Positions 24,081 to 35,497 of a DNA stretch of 64,000 nt are shown here, piece by piece. The stretch's first letter is position 1; each line of letters opens with the position of its first letter. The stretch is from contig NW_021836153.1 in NCBI RefSeq assembly GCF_006345805.1, positions 4,642 through 68,641 on the forward strand. Direction: 5' to 3'. The notes under the pieces are model-generated. The model searched no databases and was not told the origin of the DNA. It saw only the letters and a program-made list of their open reading frames with translations. The DNA is from Octopus sinensis (taxonomy: Eukaryota). The translations under genes were made by a program, and so were the position numbers.

Positions 24081-24088
24081 AGAGATCT

Positions 24089-24180
24089 TAGACACTTGTC
24101 CAAGGTGCTGCGCAGTGGGACTGAACGTAAAACCATATGGTTAAGAAGCAAGCCTCTTACCACACAGCCACGCCTGCGCC
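24089..24180 (-). mobile_element. SINE family A head fragment
   Basis: gacacttgtccaaggtgctgcgcagtgggactgaac...ccacacagccacgcctgcgcc. Confidence 0.85.
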
Positions 24181-24394
24181 TATAATACATACATACACTA
24201 TTCTCCATTTTGGGGGAAGGGGAAACCACAAGACACACACCAGGCATTCCATTCATTTCCCAGCTCAAAATGGCGAGCCCTGTCCTATCCTCGGCTCAAG
24301 GCAAAAAAAACAATGACCCAAGAGACTGTAATACTCAATAGTATGTACTATAGATCGCTAGCCACTACACATTCTTTATTTTCTTTCCTTGTTC

Positions 24395-24430
24395 CTTTCT
24401 GTGGAAGAGCGTAGGCTCGAAACGTTAAAG
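24395..24430 (+). ncRNA. Degenerate minimal type-I hammerhead (A6U) in a probable Penelope-type terminal repeat (about 24345-24525)
   Basis: CTTT-CTGTGGA-a-GAGC-gtag-GCTC-GAA-ACGT-T-AAAG: stems I, II and palindromic III intact, core position 6 is U. Confidence 0.55.
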
Positions 24431-24948
24431 ACTTTTTCACTTCCCGAGCGTTATACTAATACATATGCTTGTTTTCTACACCACCTGTCTTCGTCTTTTG
24501 TTTTTGTTTTTTTTTTGTGAATTCTTCCCCTATATATATATATATAGTACAGAAGTAAAACTTTAGAATACACTTTCTGTGCGGCCCACTACCAAATGAT
24601 CATTGGACCAGTGAATGTTTACGGCCGGTGGTTGAGGACTCCTGTTCTAAGGGACACATTTTTAGATGAATGGAATGATCACGGTTGTGATGTCTTTAAT
24701 CTTAGATATGCTGGCTCAAGATTGACCTGGCCTGGGGCTAAAGAACATTAGCGAGCGCGCGTGTGCGTGTGCGTGTGTGTGCGTGCGTGATCTTGGGAAA
24801 AGGAATTGGCTTGATGTAAAACTGAAAATAAATCTCGAAGCGATTAAACCGAAACATTCAAACGTCGGATAGAAATGACTGGGTGGGGGTGGGTGGTAGA
24901 GACGATAAAGTAGCGGGATGAAGGAAGGAGGGGATGGAGGGAAAACAT

Positions 24949-24981
24949 GGGTAATTGTGGGTGGGAGGGTGTATGGGGGGG
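24949..24981 (+). other. G-quadruplex-forming motif
   Basis: GGGtaattgtGGGtGGGaGGGtgtatGGGGGGG, five G-tracts. Confidence 0.55.
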
Positions 24982-25224
24982 AAGGAGGAGGGGAATAAAA
25001 GAAACAGAGACAGAGAGTAAGAGAGATTAAATATGGTCTAAGTGGAGGGTTGATGGGTAGGAGGTGGAATTGGATTGGAGAACTAAGAGACGTTCTGCGA
25101 AGATTTGTGCCGAGCTTAGCAGCAGTAGCATCAACGGTAGTGGCCATGTTCGTTTGGTTGATAAAATCAAAAACTCCAGAAGCGGATCCATCTTACACAT
25201 TCATATTACACAGATACAATCGAA

Positions 25225-25466
25225 TATATACATACATATATATTGTATGTATATATATATATATACACACACACACACATATATGTATATATATACAACA
25301 CACACACATATATATATATATATACATATATACACACACACATATATATATACATATATTTATATACATACACACACACATATATATATATAAACATATA
25401 TATACACACACACACATATATATATATACAAGAACATATATATACACACACACACATATATATTAT

Positions 25467-25506
<40 letters not shown>

Positions 25507-25637
25507 TGTGTATATAATATACATACATATATGTCTATATATATATATACATACATACATACATACATACATACACATGTCGATGCTACTCTTGCATACA
25601 AACAAAAAATGTATAGTTTCTTGTGTGCGTGCGGATA

Positions 25638-25677
<40 letters not shown>

Positions 25678-25804
25678 CCAAACACGGATATTTATATAGA
25701 TATATTTATATATACTCACACACATACAAACACACACCATGTACATATAAATACACACATTATATATAACACACATATCTTTACGCATACATACAGACAG
25801 ACAT

Positions 25805-25837
<33 letters not shown>

Positions 25838-25860
25838 TATATATAGCGCTATATACATAA
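25225..25860. repeat. Compound (TA)n/(CA)n/(TACA)n microsatellite field
   Basis: Source of the overlapping YIYI/HTHT ORFs. Confidence 0.95.
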
Positions 25861-26192
25861 ATTATACACACGCGTGCGCAAGCACACACACATTTCTTGA
25901 AACCCTAGTTTCCCGTCTAAGCACAACTAATTGAATTTTCTCTTGGCTTCAAAACTTCATCGCTTGCCTTAGCCTGCCTGACTACACACACACACACACA
26001 CACTAACACCACAAACGCACACACTAACACGCACGCACACACACACACACTCACGAATACGCGCGCGGTTTCGAATGCCTAAGGTCGCGACGAGAGAAAT
26101 GGTAGAAGCGACGTTTTTGATGGCTGGGGAATGAAGAAATGGCACCAGCAGCAATTAAAAAGGATATTGTCGATACACACACACACACACAT

Positions 26193-26237
<45 letters not shown>

Positions 26238-26430
26238 GAGAGAAATAATAATAATAATAATAATGATAATAATAATAATAACAAGAATTTTTTCTGTATT
26301 TGCCATATGGGCAATCAGGATGACAACATTACGTACAAAACGATACAATCCAACAAAGAAACATGTAAAATACAGAAATAATGTAACACGTTTAGCATTA
26401 AATATCTGTGTGTATGTGCATGTGTATATA

Positions 26431-26813
26431 TCTCTCTCTATATAAACGGCAGTTTGTCTGTGCGTTTTCTGTGTGTCTGTTTTCTCGTACCCTCACTCTG
26501 ACCACGGCTTTCAACCGATTCTGATGAAACTTGACACACACATAGCCCAATGTCATAATTCAAAACTAACGCAGCGAACATTTTGAAAAGTTCCCCCAGT
26601 TCTGAAAAAAATCGATAAATTCGACATGGGGTCGAGAATCAGAAACCCAAACCACAGACCGTCTAGGGGACGCAACTCCACCTTTTTTAACTCTCAAAAA
26701 AATTTACCATCATTTTTTTCCCATTTTTTTGCTATTTTTTGGCTATAACTCTCTAAAAATGCTTTATAGTTATTTCCCTTACAAACCTGAGCAACGCCGG
26801 GCGATACTGCTAG
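26431..26813 (+). mobile_element. Non-autonomous Helitron, 383 bp
   Basis: A|TCtctctctatataaacggc 5' end; CCTGAGCAACGCCGGG hairpin then CTAG|T; no TSD; sits in a TA/TG run. Confidence 0.85.
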
Positions 26814-26896
26814 TATATATATATATATACGTGTGTGTGTGTGAGTGAGTGTATATATATGCATGTGTATATATATACGTGTGTGTGTCTATTTTT

Positions 26897-27350
26897 CCCT
26901 TTATTCTTTTATTCGCTTCAGTCATTTGACTGCGGCCATACTGGAGAACGGCCTTTAGTCGAACAAATCAACCTCGGGATTTTATTCTTTGTAAACCTAG
27001 TACTTATTCAATCGGACCCTTTTGCCGAACCGCTAACTTACGGGACGTAAACACACAAACGTCAGTTGTCAAGCGATGGATAGGGGACAACACAGATACA
27101 CAAACATATATATATTCTCTTTCTCTTTTATCTCTTGTACAGAAGCACAAACATATACACACACACACACTATATATATATATACATATATACGACGGGC
27201 TTCTTTCAGTTTCAGTCTACCAAATCCACTCACAAGGCTTTGGTCGGCCCGAGGCTATAGTAGAAAACACTTGCCCAAGGTGCCACGCAGTGGGACAGAA
27301 CCCGGATACATGTGGTTGGTAAGCAAGCTACTTATCACACAGCCACTCAT
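26897..27350 (-). mobile_element. SINE family A, full length
   Basis: Tail, internal CA/TA run, head. Confidence 0.9.
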
Positions 27351-27352
27351 GC

Positions 27353-27398
<46 letters not shown>

Positions 27399-27401
<3 letters not shown>

Positions 27402-27457
27402 GACGGGTTTCTTTCAGTTTTCGTCTACCAAATCCACTCACGTGGCTTTGGGCGGCC
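27399..27457 (-). mobile_element. SINE family A, truncated head piece
   Basis: gacgggtttctttcagttttcgtctaccaaatccactcacgtggctttgggcggcc. Confidence 0.8.
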
Positions 27458-27462
27458 AATAC

Positions 27463-27659
27463 CTGATAAACATGTTGCGCCCTTTATCACTAGATCAACC
27501 CATTTAGTGATAGATTTAAATCTCTCGCTCGATTTAACACCTTTACCTGGTCGATATGGGTTATCTTTAGCAGAATCCACTGTATCATTCGAACCAGCTT
27601 CACCAGAACATCCAGAAGTCTTGATGCTGTTTCCAACTGCAATGAGCCAGTTGCTACTT
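27463..27659 (-). other. Orphan coding-like fragment
   Basis: About 65 stop-free codons SSNWLIAVGNSIKTSGCSGEAGSNDTVDSAKDNPYRPGKGVKSSERFKSITKWVDLVIKGATCLS, followed by CAG|GTATTG; not recognised. Confidence 0.2.
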
Positions 27660-27785
27660 CTTTATCCTTCCAAAGGTCCGACAAGAAAATGGTGGAATTT
27701 GCCTTTTCTCTCCTCTAACACATATCAGACACTCAAACACCATAAACTAAGTTTCCACAACACTACATATAACTGATAATGAGCA

Positions 27786-27928
27786 CTAATTAGATGTCGA
27801 AGGCTACGGGCCTCGACCTTTTTTTTTTTAGATCAGCTTCGCCAAGAATGCAGAGGTCTAATAGTCTACGGGTTGAGCCCTTCTGCTCTAGATCAACAAC
27901 ACACAGACAGATCCTTTATTTATATTGA
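27786..27928 (-). mobile_element. Short degenerate Helitron-like element
   Basis: Minus strand TCaatataaataaaggatctgtctgtgtg 5' end like the other Helitrons; hairpin gtcgaaggc/gcctcgac (27796-27817) about 10 nt before TTAG|T. Confidence 0.5.
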
Positions 27929-28039
27929 GCTTCATGATTAAGTGCACGAGAACTGCATTACATTTAACATTATATTCCTCACATACAATAATACACTTTA
28001 GATATTTCTTTACAATTACCTTCATTTGTCATTATACAT

Positions 28040-28080
<41 letters not shown>

Positions 28081-28187
28081 ATCCGATTTTCTGAGTACCT
28101 CATTTATTCTAATATAAAATACCTGTACATCATCTCCAAACCTTCCAATACATACATGTATATATGCACACATACAAACACACATTC

Positions 28188-28220
<33 letters not shown>

Positions 28221-28853
28221 CATATACACATATACGTATATATATACACAAACATACATACACACACACACACATATATATATACACACACAAACACACA
28301 TATATATACACACAAACACTCACATTATATATATATATCGGGGAGAGAGAGAGAGAGAGAGAGAAAGAGAGACTAGTCAGGTTTCACAGATGTAAGACTA
28401 GATACTCAGGTGAGTAGCTATCAATTACAAAGAGTAGAGAAAAATGTGACAGTGTTACTAAGTACACACACACACACGTCTTCTCTCTTTCCTTATCTGT
28501 CATACACACACACACATGTTCGTCTCCCCTCTCTCCTAATCTCACTCTCACTCATACACACACAAGGACGTGTACTTTCCTCCCCTCCATCTCATTTTTC
28601 GTAACGATTGGGACCGGGGAGATGTGTGGGAGTTAAAGGGGGTCACGATTGTTGTTGTTTAAGTTATCATTTAGCCCTAGGCCATCCGTAATTGCACAAG
28701 TCTATGATCGAAACATTCTCATCCATGACCAGCCTATGTTTTCCGTATATCAAGTATTATACTATTAGCTAATGCGTCGTGCGATTCGCAGGAAATTCGG
28801 CTACTCTGTCGAACAACCTTGCAGAGGGCCCCCTACATTTAGCACATCGTAGA

Positions 28854-28902
28854 CTGAACCAGAAATCTCCAGCTGAACCAGAAATCTCCAGCTGAACCAG
28901 AA
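28854..28902. repeat. 19-bp tandem repeat, 2.6 copies
   Basis: ctgaaccagaaatctccag. Confidence 0.9.
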
Positions 28903-29140
28903 TATTCGAGTGAACTACAAGCACAAATAGATGTTTTCGAATTGACTAATTCACCTTAGAGTCAACACCATCACCACCACCATCACCACTACCACCATCA
29001 TACAACACCATCACCACCACCAACAACAACAACTATATCAGCTGACTCAGGTTAATATCCAAAGAAGCTGAAGGAGTTTATATCACTTTCAACCTCTTTC
29101 AACCTACAACTGGCATGATTTACATGGGATGTTACTCTTG

Positions 29141-29514
29141 TCCTCTTTTACTTGTTTCAGTTATTTAACTGTGGCCATGCTGGAGCATCGCCTTTAGTCG
29201 AGGATATCGACACCAGGACTTAGTCTTTGTAAGCCTAGTACTTATTCTATCGGGCTCTTTTGCCGAACCGCTAAGTTACGGGGACGTAAACACACCAGCA
29301 TCGGTTGTCAAGCGATGTTGTGGGGGGGGGGGACAAACACACAAATGTATATATATATATATATATATTTACATATATACGACGGGCTTCTTTCAGCTTC
29401 CGTCTACCAAATCCACTCACTAGGCTTTGGTCGACCCGAGGCTATATTAGAAGGTGCCACCCGGAACCATGTGGTTGGTAAGCAAGCTACTTACCACATA
29501 GCCACTCCTGCGCC
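29141..29514 (-). mobile_element. SINE family A, full length with head deletion
   Basis: Tail from tcctcttttacttgtttcag, head ends gccactcctgcgcc. Confidence 0.9.
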
Positions 29515-29649
29515 TAAAAACTTTTAACAACTTTAACAACTTCTTTGATTTCTCATAATGCATACGACACGATGATCAAATGTTCGGACTGCAGTTAATT
29601 AATCCACTGCGGTGTTTAATTCGATTATAAAGGTTCAAAATTATTTTAG

Positions 29650-30230
29650 GAGATAAGACTGTCACTGTATGTTAGCCTTTGTCTCTCCTATTCTTTCACA
29701 ATGGATGGATATCTGTCTCCCTATAGATTTATGGAATGCCAACGTATTTGTCTTATGGCCAATGAGGTGGCTCATCAGTAGAACTTTTCTTTTATTCTCA
29801 TTAGCCTTCTTTACTTCTACTCTCGACGATCAAAACACCTTACGTGTCCTCAGATTATCTCGATCCCCTACCATGCCATCTTAGCACCTCACACATATGC
29901 TATCACTCCCAACACTCACCTATAACCACCATCACGACAGACACTGTTATGTACCTTACACATATCCCTCTCCGCCACTCCCACATCTTGCATATCACCC
30001 CGTCCCTTACCTTCTGATCTACTCTCCTTCTTGAGCCACTGCTATTTCTCTCACCTTAATCCCTCTCTGTTGATATTTCCTATCGATTGCACCTCCAGCC
30101 TCGCTCTTCATTCAATACATTCACCTCTACCCTCACATTTTTACGAAACACTCCCTCTCCTCCCTACGAATCCAATGACCTTAACCTCTCTTACGCTCAC
30201 CCTGTACCATGAGAATTTGCGCTGACACGT
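29650..30230 (-). mobile_element. Possible ancient retroelement remnant
   Basis: Strong pyrimidine skew on + strand, non-microsatellite, no open frame or domain recognised. Confidence 0.25.
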
Positions 30231-30343
30231 CATCACTATCATCTTTATCTCTCCCAATTACTACAACTCATTCTTATGTAATATGGCGTAGCCTGAGCTT
30301 GTCTCGCTATTATACTTTCGACTCAACGAGATTTATTATTGTT

Positions 30344-30687
30344 TTCGAACAGATTTTCTACGCCAGTGACTGTGGTTACTGTAAAAATCTATATATATCC
30401 AGCCTGCAGAGGAAGTCCCTCAACGAAGAGCGGTGCTTACTATACGTTGACAAGAGGCAATAACCTCGAAACCGGTCCGTGTGTAGTATCCGTATCTTCG
30501 GGGAGGCTGATCTCCCTTTGCTGGCTGGCAAGGACACCGAGATGGTGTCAGCTCTTCTGGTGACGTCGATGTTCGCCTGGGGCTAAATGCATCAGTAACA
30601 CCCCCACCACCCCGCCCTGACCCTAGCCACATTCAGATGGCTGATCCCTCTTATGTTATAGAGCAGTTACTGTTTATATCTCGCCCA
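30344..30687 (+). mobile_element. Retrozyme-like 344-bp insertion with 16-bp flanking direct repeat
   Basis: GAGATTTATTATTGTT at 30328-30343 and 30688-30703; central hammerhead; several hairpins (30351-30390, 30501-30516, 30533-30549). Confidence 0.65.
30438..30488 (+). ncRNA. Type-I hammerhead ribozyme, U3:A8 core variant
   Basis: tacTATACG-TTGACAA-GAGG-caataa-CCTC-GAA-ACCGGT-C-CGTG(tg)TAGTA: stem I up to 9 bp with 2-nt bulge, G10.1-C11.1, palindromic stem III, GUC site after 30477. Confidence 0.75.
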
Positions 30688-31757
30688 GAGATTTATTATT
30701 GTTATATATATACACTTTTGCAAAAAGTGGGCTGACAGCGACTTCAGAGGCGGCTAGCAGTCCTAAACTTCGAAGTTACTGTCATTCTCTTGTAAAATAC
30801 ACGAGTACTCTACTAAAAGAAAACGATGATAAAGGATTGAGCAATTCTTCAGGTTAATGTTAAATTGTTTTTATTTATAACTCTCGATATAAAAACATTC
30901 ATACACTCACACACGTGTGTATGTGTGTGTATGTATGTGTATTATATCCAACAAACTGTGCCACTACCAGCACTGCCTCTTTTTATCACTCCAAATCAAC
31001 CACCCATCCTCCACCACCCCGCCCACCCAAATACCTGACCGTCATGGTAGGTAAGAGGAAGATGTGGGGATAGAGGAGGGGCCCCAATTAATGTTGTGCA
31101 GATAAACCATTTGTGGAAGAACCAGTCAGACCCCCACGCCGCCATTTACAATCTACACCACCGCCATCTTGCCCCACCCTCCCCTCTTCCTCCTCCACTC
31201 CGCTATTTAAGCTTGATCGTTCTTGACATCTCTGATCTACAAAAACCACCAGCACCACCACCTCCTCCTCCTACCCCATACATTAAAGGTAGTAGTGCTG
31301 CTACTGCTGCTGCGGCGGCTGCCTTTCGTTTGGTTACTGCTGGTGGTGGCAGTAGTAGTAGTAGTAGTAATGGTGGTGATGGAGGTGGTGGTAATAAAAC
31401 TGGTCTCAGAATTTCAAAATCAATCTGTTATTCTTTACCGAAAAGAGAAAAAGCGCGATGGAAGTAAGACAGACAGACAGACAGGCAGGCAGGCAGGCAG
31501 ACAAACGTTTTGGAATATTAAGTTACCATCATTCAGGTACCGAGTTCAGTTTCTGCTGAGAGCTGTTAGCTCTGGAATGTCAATAAATGAAATAGCAGTG
31601 ATATACGAAGTCCGCTGAATGGCTTACAAGCGTTCACCGGTTGCCCGACTTGCTTAAAATCGTAGCCAAATAGCCCTCATGCTACATGCTCAAAACACAT
31701 TGGATAACTGTGTATGATTGATAATTTTCACTACAAATGTGAAAATAAAGATGAGAT

Positions 31758-31917
31758 GGTTACGGCTGGAACGCTTTAGTCATGGATCTGCTTGATTAGA
31801 ATTCACTTGTGGCTTAACGCAAAGAAAGAATGGTTTTGGGTGTTGTTAATGCTTTTATAGAAACCCTGGTCAGCTTCGATCAAGTAGATTTATGACCCAA
31901 GCGTTCCATCAATGACC
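31758..31917. repeat. Tail-to-tail inverted pair of family-E ends
   Basis: ggttacggctggaacgctttagtcatggatctgcttgat vs reverse complement of atcaagtagatttatgacccaagcgttccatcaatgacc. Confidence 0.7.
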
Positions 31918-32019
31918 ACTGTTTTATTCTCAGTTAATCAATCGTCTCTCCAAGTGACATTATGCGAAGAGTCCTTCCTTATAGGATGAATTTTAAAAAA
32001 AGGGGGGGTCTGGCTGGAG

Positions 32020-32188
32020 GAGAATTTTAGTAGAATTCCCATGTAGACTAGAACGTGATGTTGTGTAAAGGGGTAAGTAATTCAAAGACATGTGTGCCAA
32101 TTGGCTGTGTGGTAAGTAGCTTGTTTCCTAAACACATAGCTGTGGGTTCAGTGCCACTGTGTGACACATTAGGCAAGTGTCTTCTACT
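32020..32188 (+). repeat. Left arm of 165-bp inverted duplication (unique flank + SINE-A head)
   Basis: Reverse-complement match to 35334-35497, including about 75 bp of non-SINE flank. Confidence 0.85.
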
Positions 32189-32515
32189 ATAGCCTCGGGC
32201 CGACCAAAGCCTTGTGGGTGGATTTGGTAGACGGAAACTGAAAGAAACACGTCGTATTTTTATATGTATATCTATATATTTGTATGTGTGTGTGTGTGTG
32301 TATCTGTGCTTGTCCCCCCTCCCACCGTCGCTTGACAACCGATGCTGGTGTGTTTATGACACCCATAACTTAGCGGTTCGGCAAAAGAAAACCGATAGAG
32401 TAAATAGTACCAGGCTTACAAAGAATATGTCCTCGGGGTCGATTTCTTCGATTAAAAAGCGGTGCTCCTGCATGGCCGCAGTCAAATGCCTGAAACAAGT
32501 AAAAGAGCAAAAGAA
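32100..32515 (+). mobile_element. SINE family A, full length
   Basis: Head, internal TA/TG run, tail ending gaaacaagtaaaagagcaaaag. Confidence 0.9.
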
Positions 32516-32539
32516 TATATAATGATGATGATGATGATG

Positions 32540-32790
32540 AGCTGTCCCGTCAATGACGACGTATGAGAGATCAGCTTTTGCCGATCGATCTGTACGAACG
32601 GTTCGTTTGCATTGATCAAATGTATGTGCCGCACGTTAGCTCACTGTCCCTCCATCAAATCGACGTTGCTTGAACAGGTGAACGGTGTACCGTGCGTCAG
32701 GTGTCGAAGTGATCGCAGAGCAACGTGAGGTGAAGTGTTTTGCTCAAGAACACAACGCACCAGCCTGTCTAGGAATTGAAACTGGGATAT
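32540..32790 (-). mobile_element. SINE family C, partial
   Basis: gtgaagtgttttgctcaagaacacaacgcacc is the reverse complement of the 8285 segment. Confidence 0.7.
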
Positions 32791-32959
32791 ATGCCCTCAT
32801 ACAAACATACACACACGCATATACATGTATTTTATGTATGCATGTATCTATATATATATATATATATAGGAGATAAATAAAAATATATGCATACATACAA
32901 ACATATATGTACGTACCTACATCTACATGTATATATACATGCATATATAAATAATTATA

Positions 32960-33120
32960 CGGAAGTACAGGACATCACAATAAGACGTAGAAACAGAAAA
33001 AGCCAAAAAACAAAAAACAAGAAAACGGAAAACGAAAACCAAATACAGGACAGGTTACACAAGGACAAAACCCCCGTCATCAGCTGTCGCTAGAGGAGTC
33101 AGGCATGTTTCGAAGGCATA
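32960..33120. mobile_element. Dispersed repeat family G (A-rich, tcatcag...tttcgaagg)
   Basis: gtacaggacatca...aaaacg...tcatcag; related to 38565-38755 and 56805-56920. Confidence 0.55.
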
Positions 33121-33229
33121 TATATATATATATATATATATATAACGAAGTACGAGCAATGGGATTGATGGCATCCAGAAGATGGCTGCCCCTGTGTCAA
33201 AATTTGAAACCATTATTATGACTATGTGC

Positions 33230-33284
<55 letters not shown>

Positions 33285-33391
33285 TGCAGTGGAACAGAAT
33301 CCCTTGTGAGAGAAAAAATTTTACTCAAAATATATATTATAGTTTAAAGACTTAGTTGTTAGCAAGGGACTTTCAGTTTTGAAAGAGAGAT

Positions 33392-33466
33392 GGGGGTGGA
33401 GAGTGAGAGGGGGTGGAGAGTGAGAGGGGGTGGAGAGTGAGAGGGGGTGGAGAGTGAGAGGGGGGT
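33392..33466 (+). repeat. 17-bp G-rich minisatellite, 4.4 copies
   Basis: gggggtggagagtgaga repeated exactly. Confidence 0.95.
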
Positions 33467-34360
33467 GTCTGTGTCTGACTAAGCATGTACAAAGTAATAC
33501 AGAATTTGTCACTATCGAAAATTGTCCCAATCTGGGTCAAGACGTACACTCGTGTGTGTAGTATGTTTGTATGCGTGTTTGTGTGTGTGTGTACCTACAT
33601 ACCACTGCAGGTATACATCTATATATATTTTGCGTCTGATTAGCTAGGTGTGTATATTATACAGGATATCTGCATGTATGGTTATATTTCATAGGATGGC
33701 GTGTGGGTGTGTGTGTGTATAGCAATAAGAAAATGGAGGGGATCAATTGGTGGTTCATCAACTTTTAGACATTATATTGTGTTAACTTATTTATTTACTA
33801 TACATATATATATAAATATATATATATGTGCATATGAATTTATTTATGTGTGTCTTAATGTTATATTCATGTAGGTATTTATGTACGCATATCTACATAT
33901 GAAAGTGTGCAAGCATGTATATACGTATGTATACGTTCATGTGTGTGTTGTGAGAGAGGTGTATGTGTGTGTGTTTGTGTGTGCATGAAAGTGTGCAAAG
34001 CAGTGGAGCGTATCTTATGTCTCTGACAACGAAGACATTAACCTGACAGAGTCAGGTGTGCTAAACCAAGTAAAAAAAAAAAAGAAAGAAAAAGAAATGA
34101 TATACCCGACAAACAAATAAATACTTTACCACCCTGCTTTTCCTACGAGGTGGTGGCAGTAAATTTTCCTCTTAAATAAACAACACCACAATATACAATA
34201 ATATTGATTCGTTGTTTACGTGATTCTAATAGAGCTAAACTATAGAGAGGGGGGCGGCTTCGTTTCAGGATGAATGATGCACAATAAAAGGTGAGATGAG
34301 AGGTGTATACAGACAGAGACTAGCTAATTATATGTGTGTGCGTGTGTGCGTGCGTGTGTG

Positions 34361-34362
<2 letters not shown>

Positions 34363-34443
<81 letters not shown>
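34363..34443. repeat. (GATA)n microsatellite
   Basis: About 20 perfect units. Confidence 0.95.
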
Positions 34444-34444
<1 letters not shown>

Positions 34445-34639
34445 CAGTGAAAATAAATTAAAAGAAATAAGACGGTAGAGAAACGGTTAGTGGAAATAGA
34501 CAATTAGACGCAGAACACTTCTCGTCAACCAAGGAGTCCAGAATCAACGTAGTTTCGGCGCAATTAAGTCGAGGGATTGATCCCATAGGACCACTGTTCT
34601 AGATGTGCCGGTGACATCACTGAGGTAGTGGGCATTATG

Positions 34640-35280
34640 AGAAAACAACCAAAAACATGGAAAATAACATAGGAGTGACACGACACGTTAAAGACAATAA
34701 TAGATGTGTTTATAGTTCAAGGAAAAATGAAAGCAGTATTTATTGGTTTTCGACCTGGAATAGAATGGAACGATAGACACGTAACCCTCGTCGGAATAAA
34801 AGTTAAATGAGAGGAAATGGAAGAGCGGGAGAGGGTGGAAAAAAAACTAAAGAGAAGGAGAGAAAGGGGGCAGGAAAGAGGTGGTGAGTCGAATAAGAAG
34901 ACGAGAATATGACTTTCGAACTCTAGTAACGATAGGGTCGAGGTACGAGAACGTATAAACTGGACTAAGTCCAACTTGTAAAAAGAGAGGAGGGACGGAA
35001 AAGACATCATGAGACTGACCACAGGAGCAGTACAGGTTCCAAGAATGGAAGGTACATGACTGAGAAAATATGATAGTGCAGAAGGAGAGTGCAGAGAGAG
35101 AAGGAAGACAATTAGGTAGAGCAAGGGTAGGTGACAAGGAGAGAAAAATACACTGAGGTGGGGTGGGAGAGAAAGGTACAATGATCACAGTGGGAGAAAA
35201 ATATTATTAGATGATCAATAAACAAAACTGTGTGGTTAGGAATAATTGTAGTTAAAATAAAATAAGACGACATAGAAAAG
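34640..35280 (+). mobile_element. Possible ancient retroelement remnant
   Basis: Strong purine skew, unique-looking sequence, no domain recognised. Confidence 0.2.
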
Positions 35281-35333
35281 GACCAATGGTAAAGTGCATT
35301 TATTAGACATCGAATACTTGGATGTTAGACTGC

Positions 35334-35497
35334 AGTAGAAGGCACTTGCCCAAGGTGCCACGCAGTGGCACTGAACCTACAGCTATGTGGTTAGGAAACA
35401 AGCTACTTACCACACAGCCACTTGGCACACGTCTTTGAAATACTTAGCCCTTTACACATCACGTTCTAGTTTACATGGGAATTGTACTAAAATTCTC
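35334..35497 (-). repeat. Right arm of 165-bp inverted duplication
   Basis: See 32020-32188. Confidence 0.85.

Noticed and set aside
27490-27540. ERFKSITK resemblance to the Rab GTPase switch II region
   Set aside because: The preceding DTAGQ motif and other G-box motifs are absent.
34621-34640. tgaggtagt let-7-like start (also miR-9-, miR-125- and miR-317-like 10-mers elsewhere)
   Set aside because: Matches end after 9-11 nt and no precursor hairpin is present.
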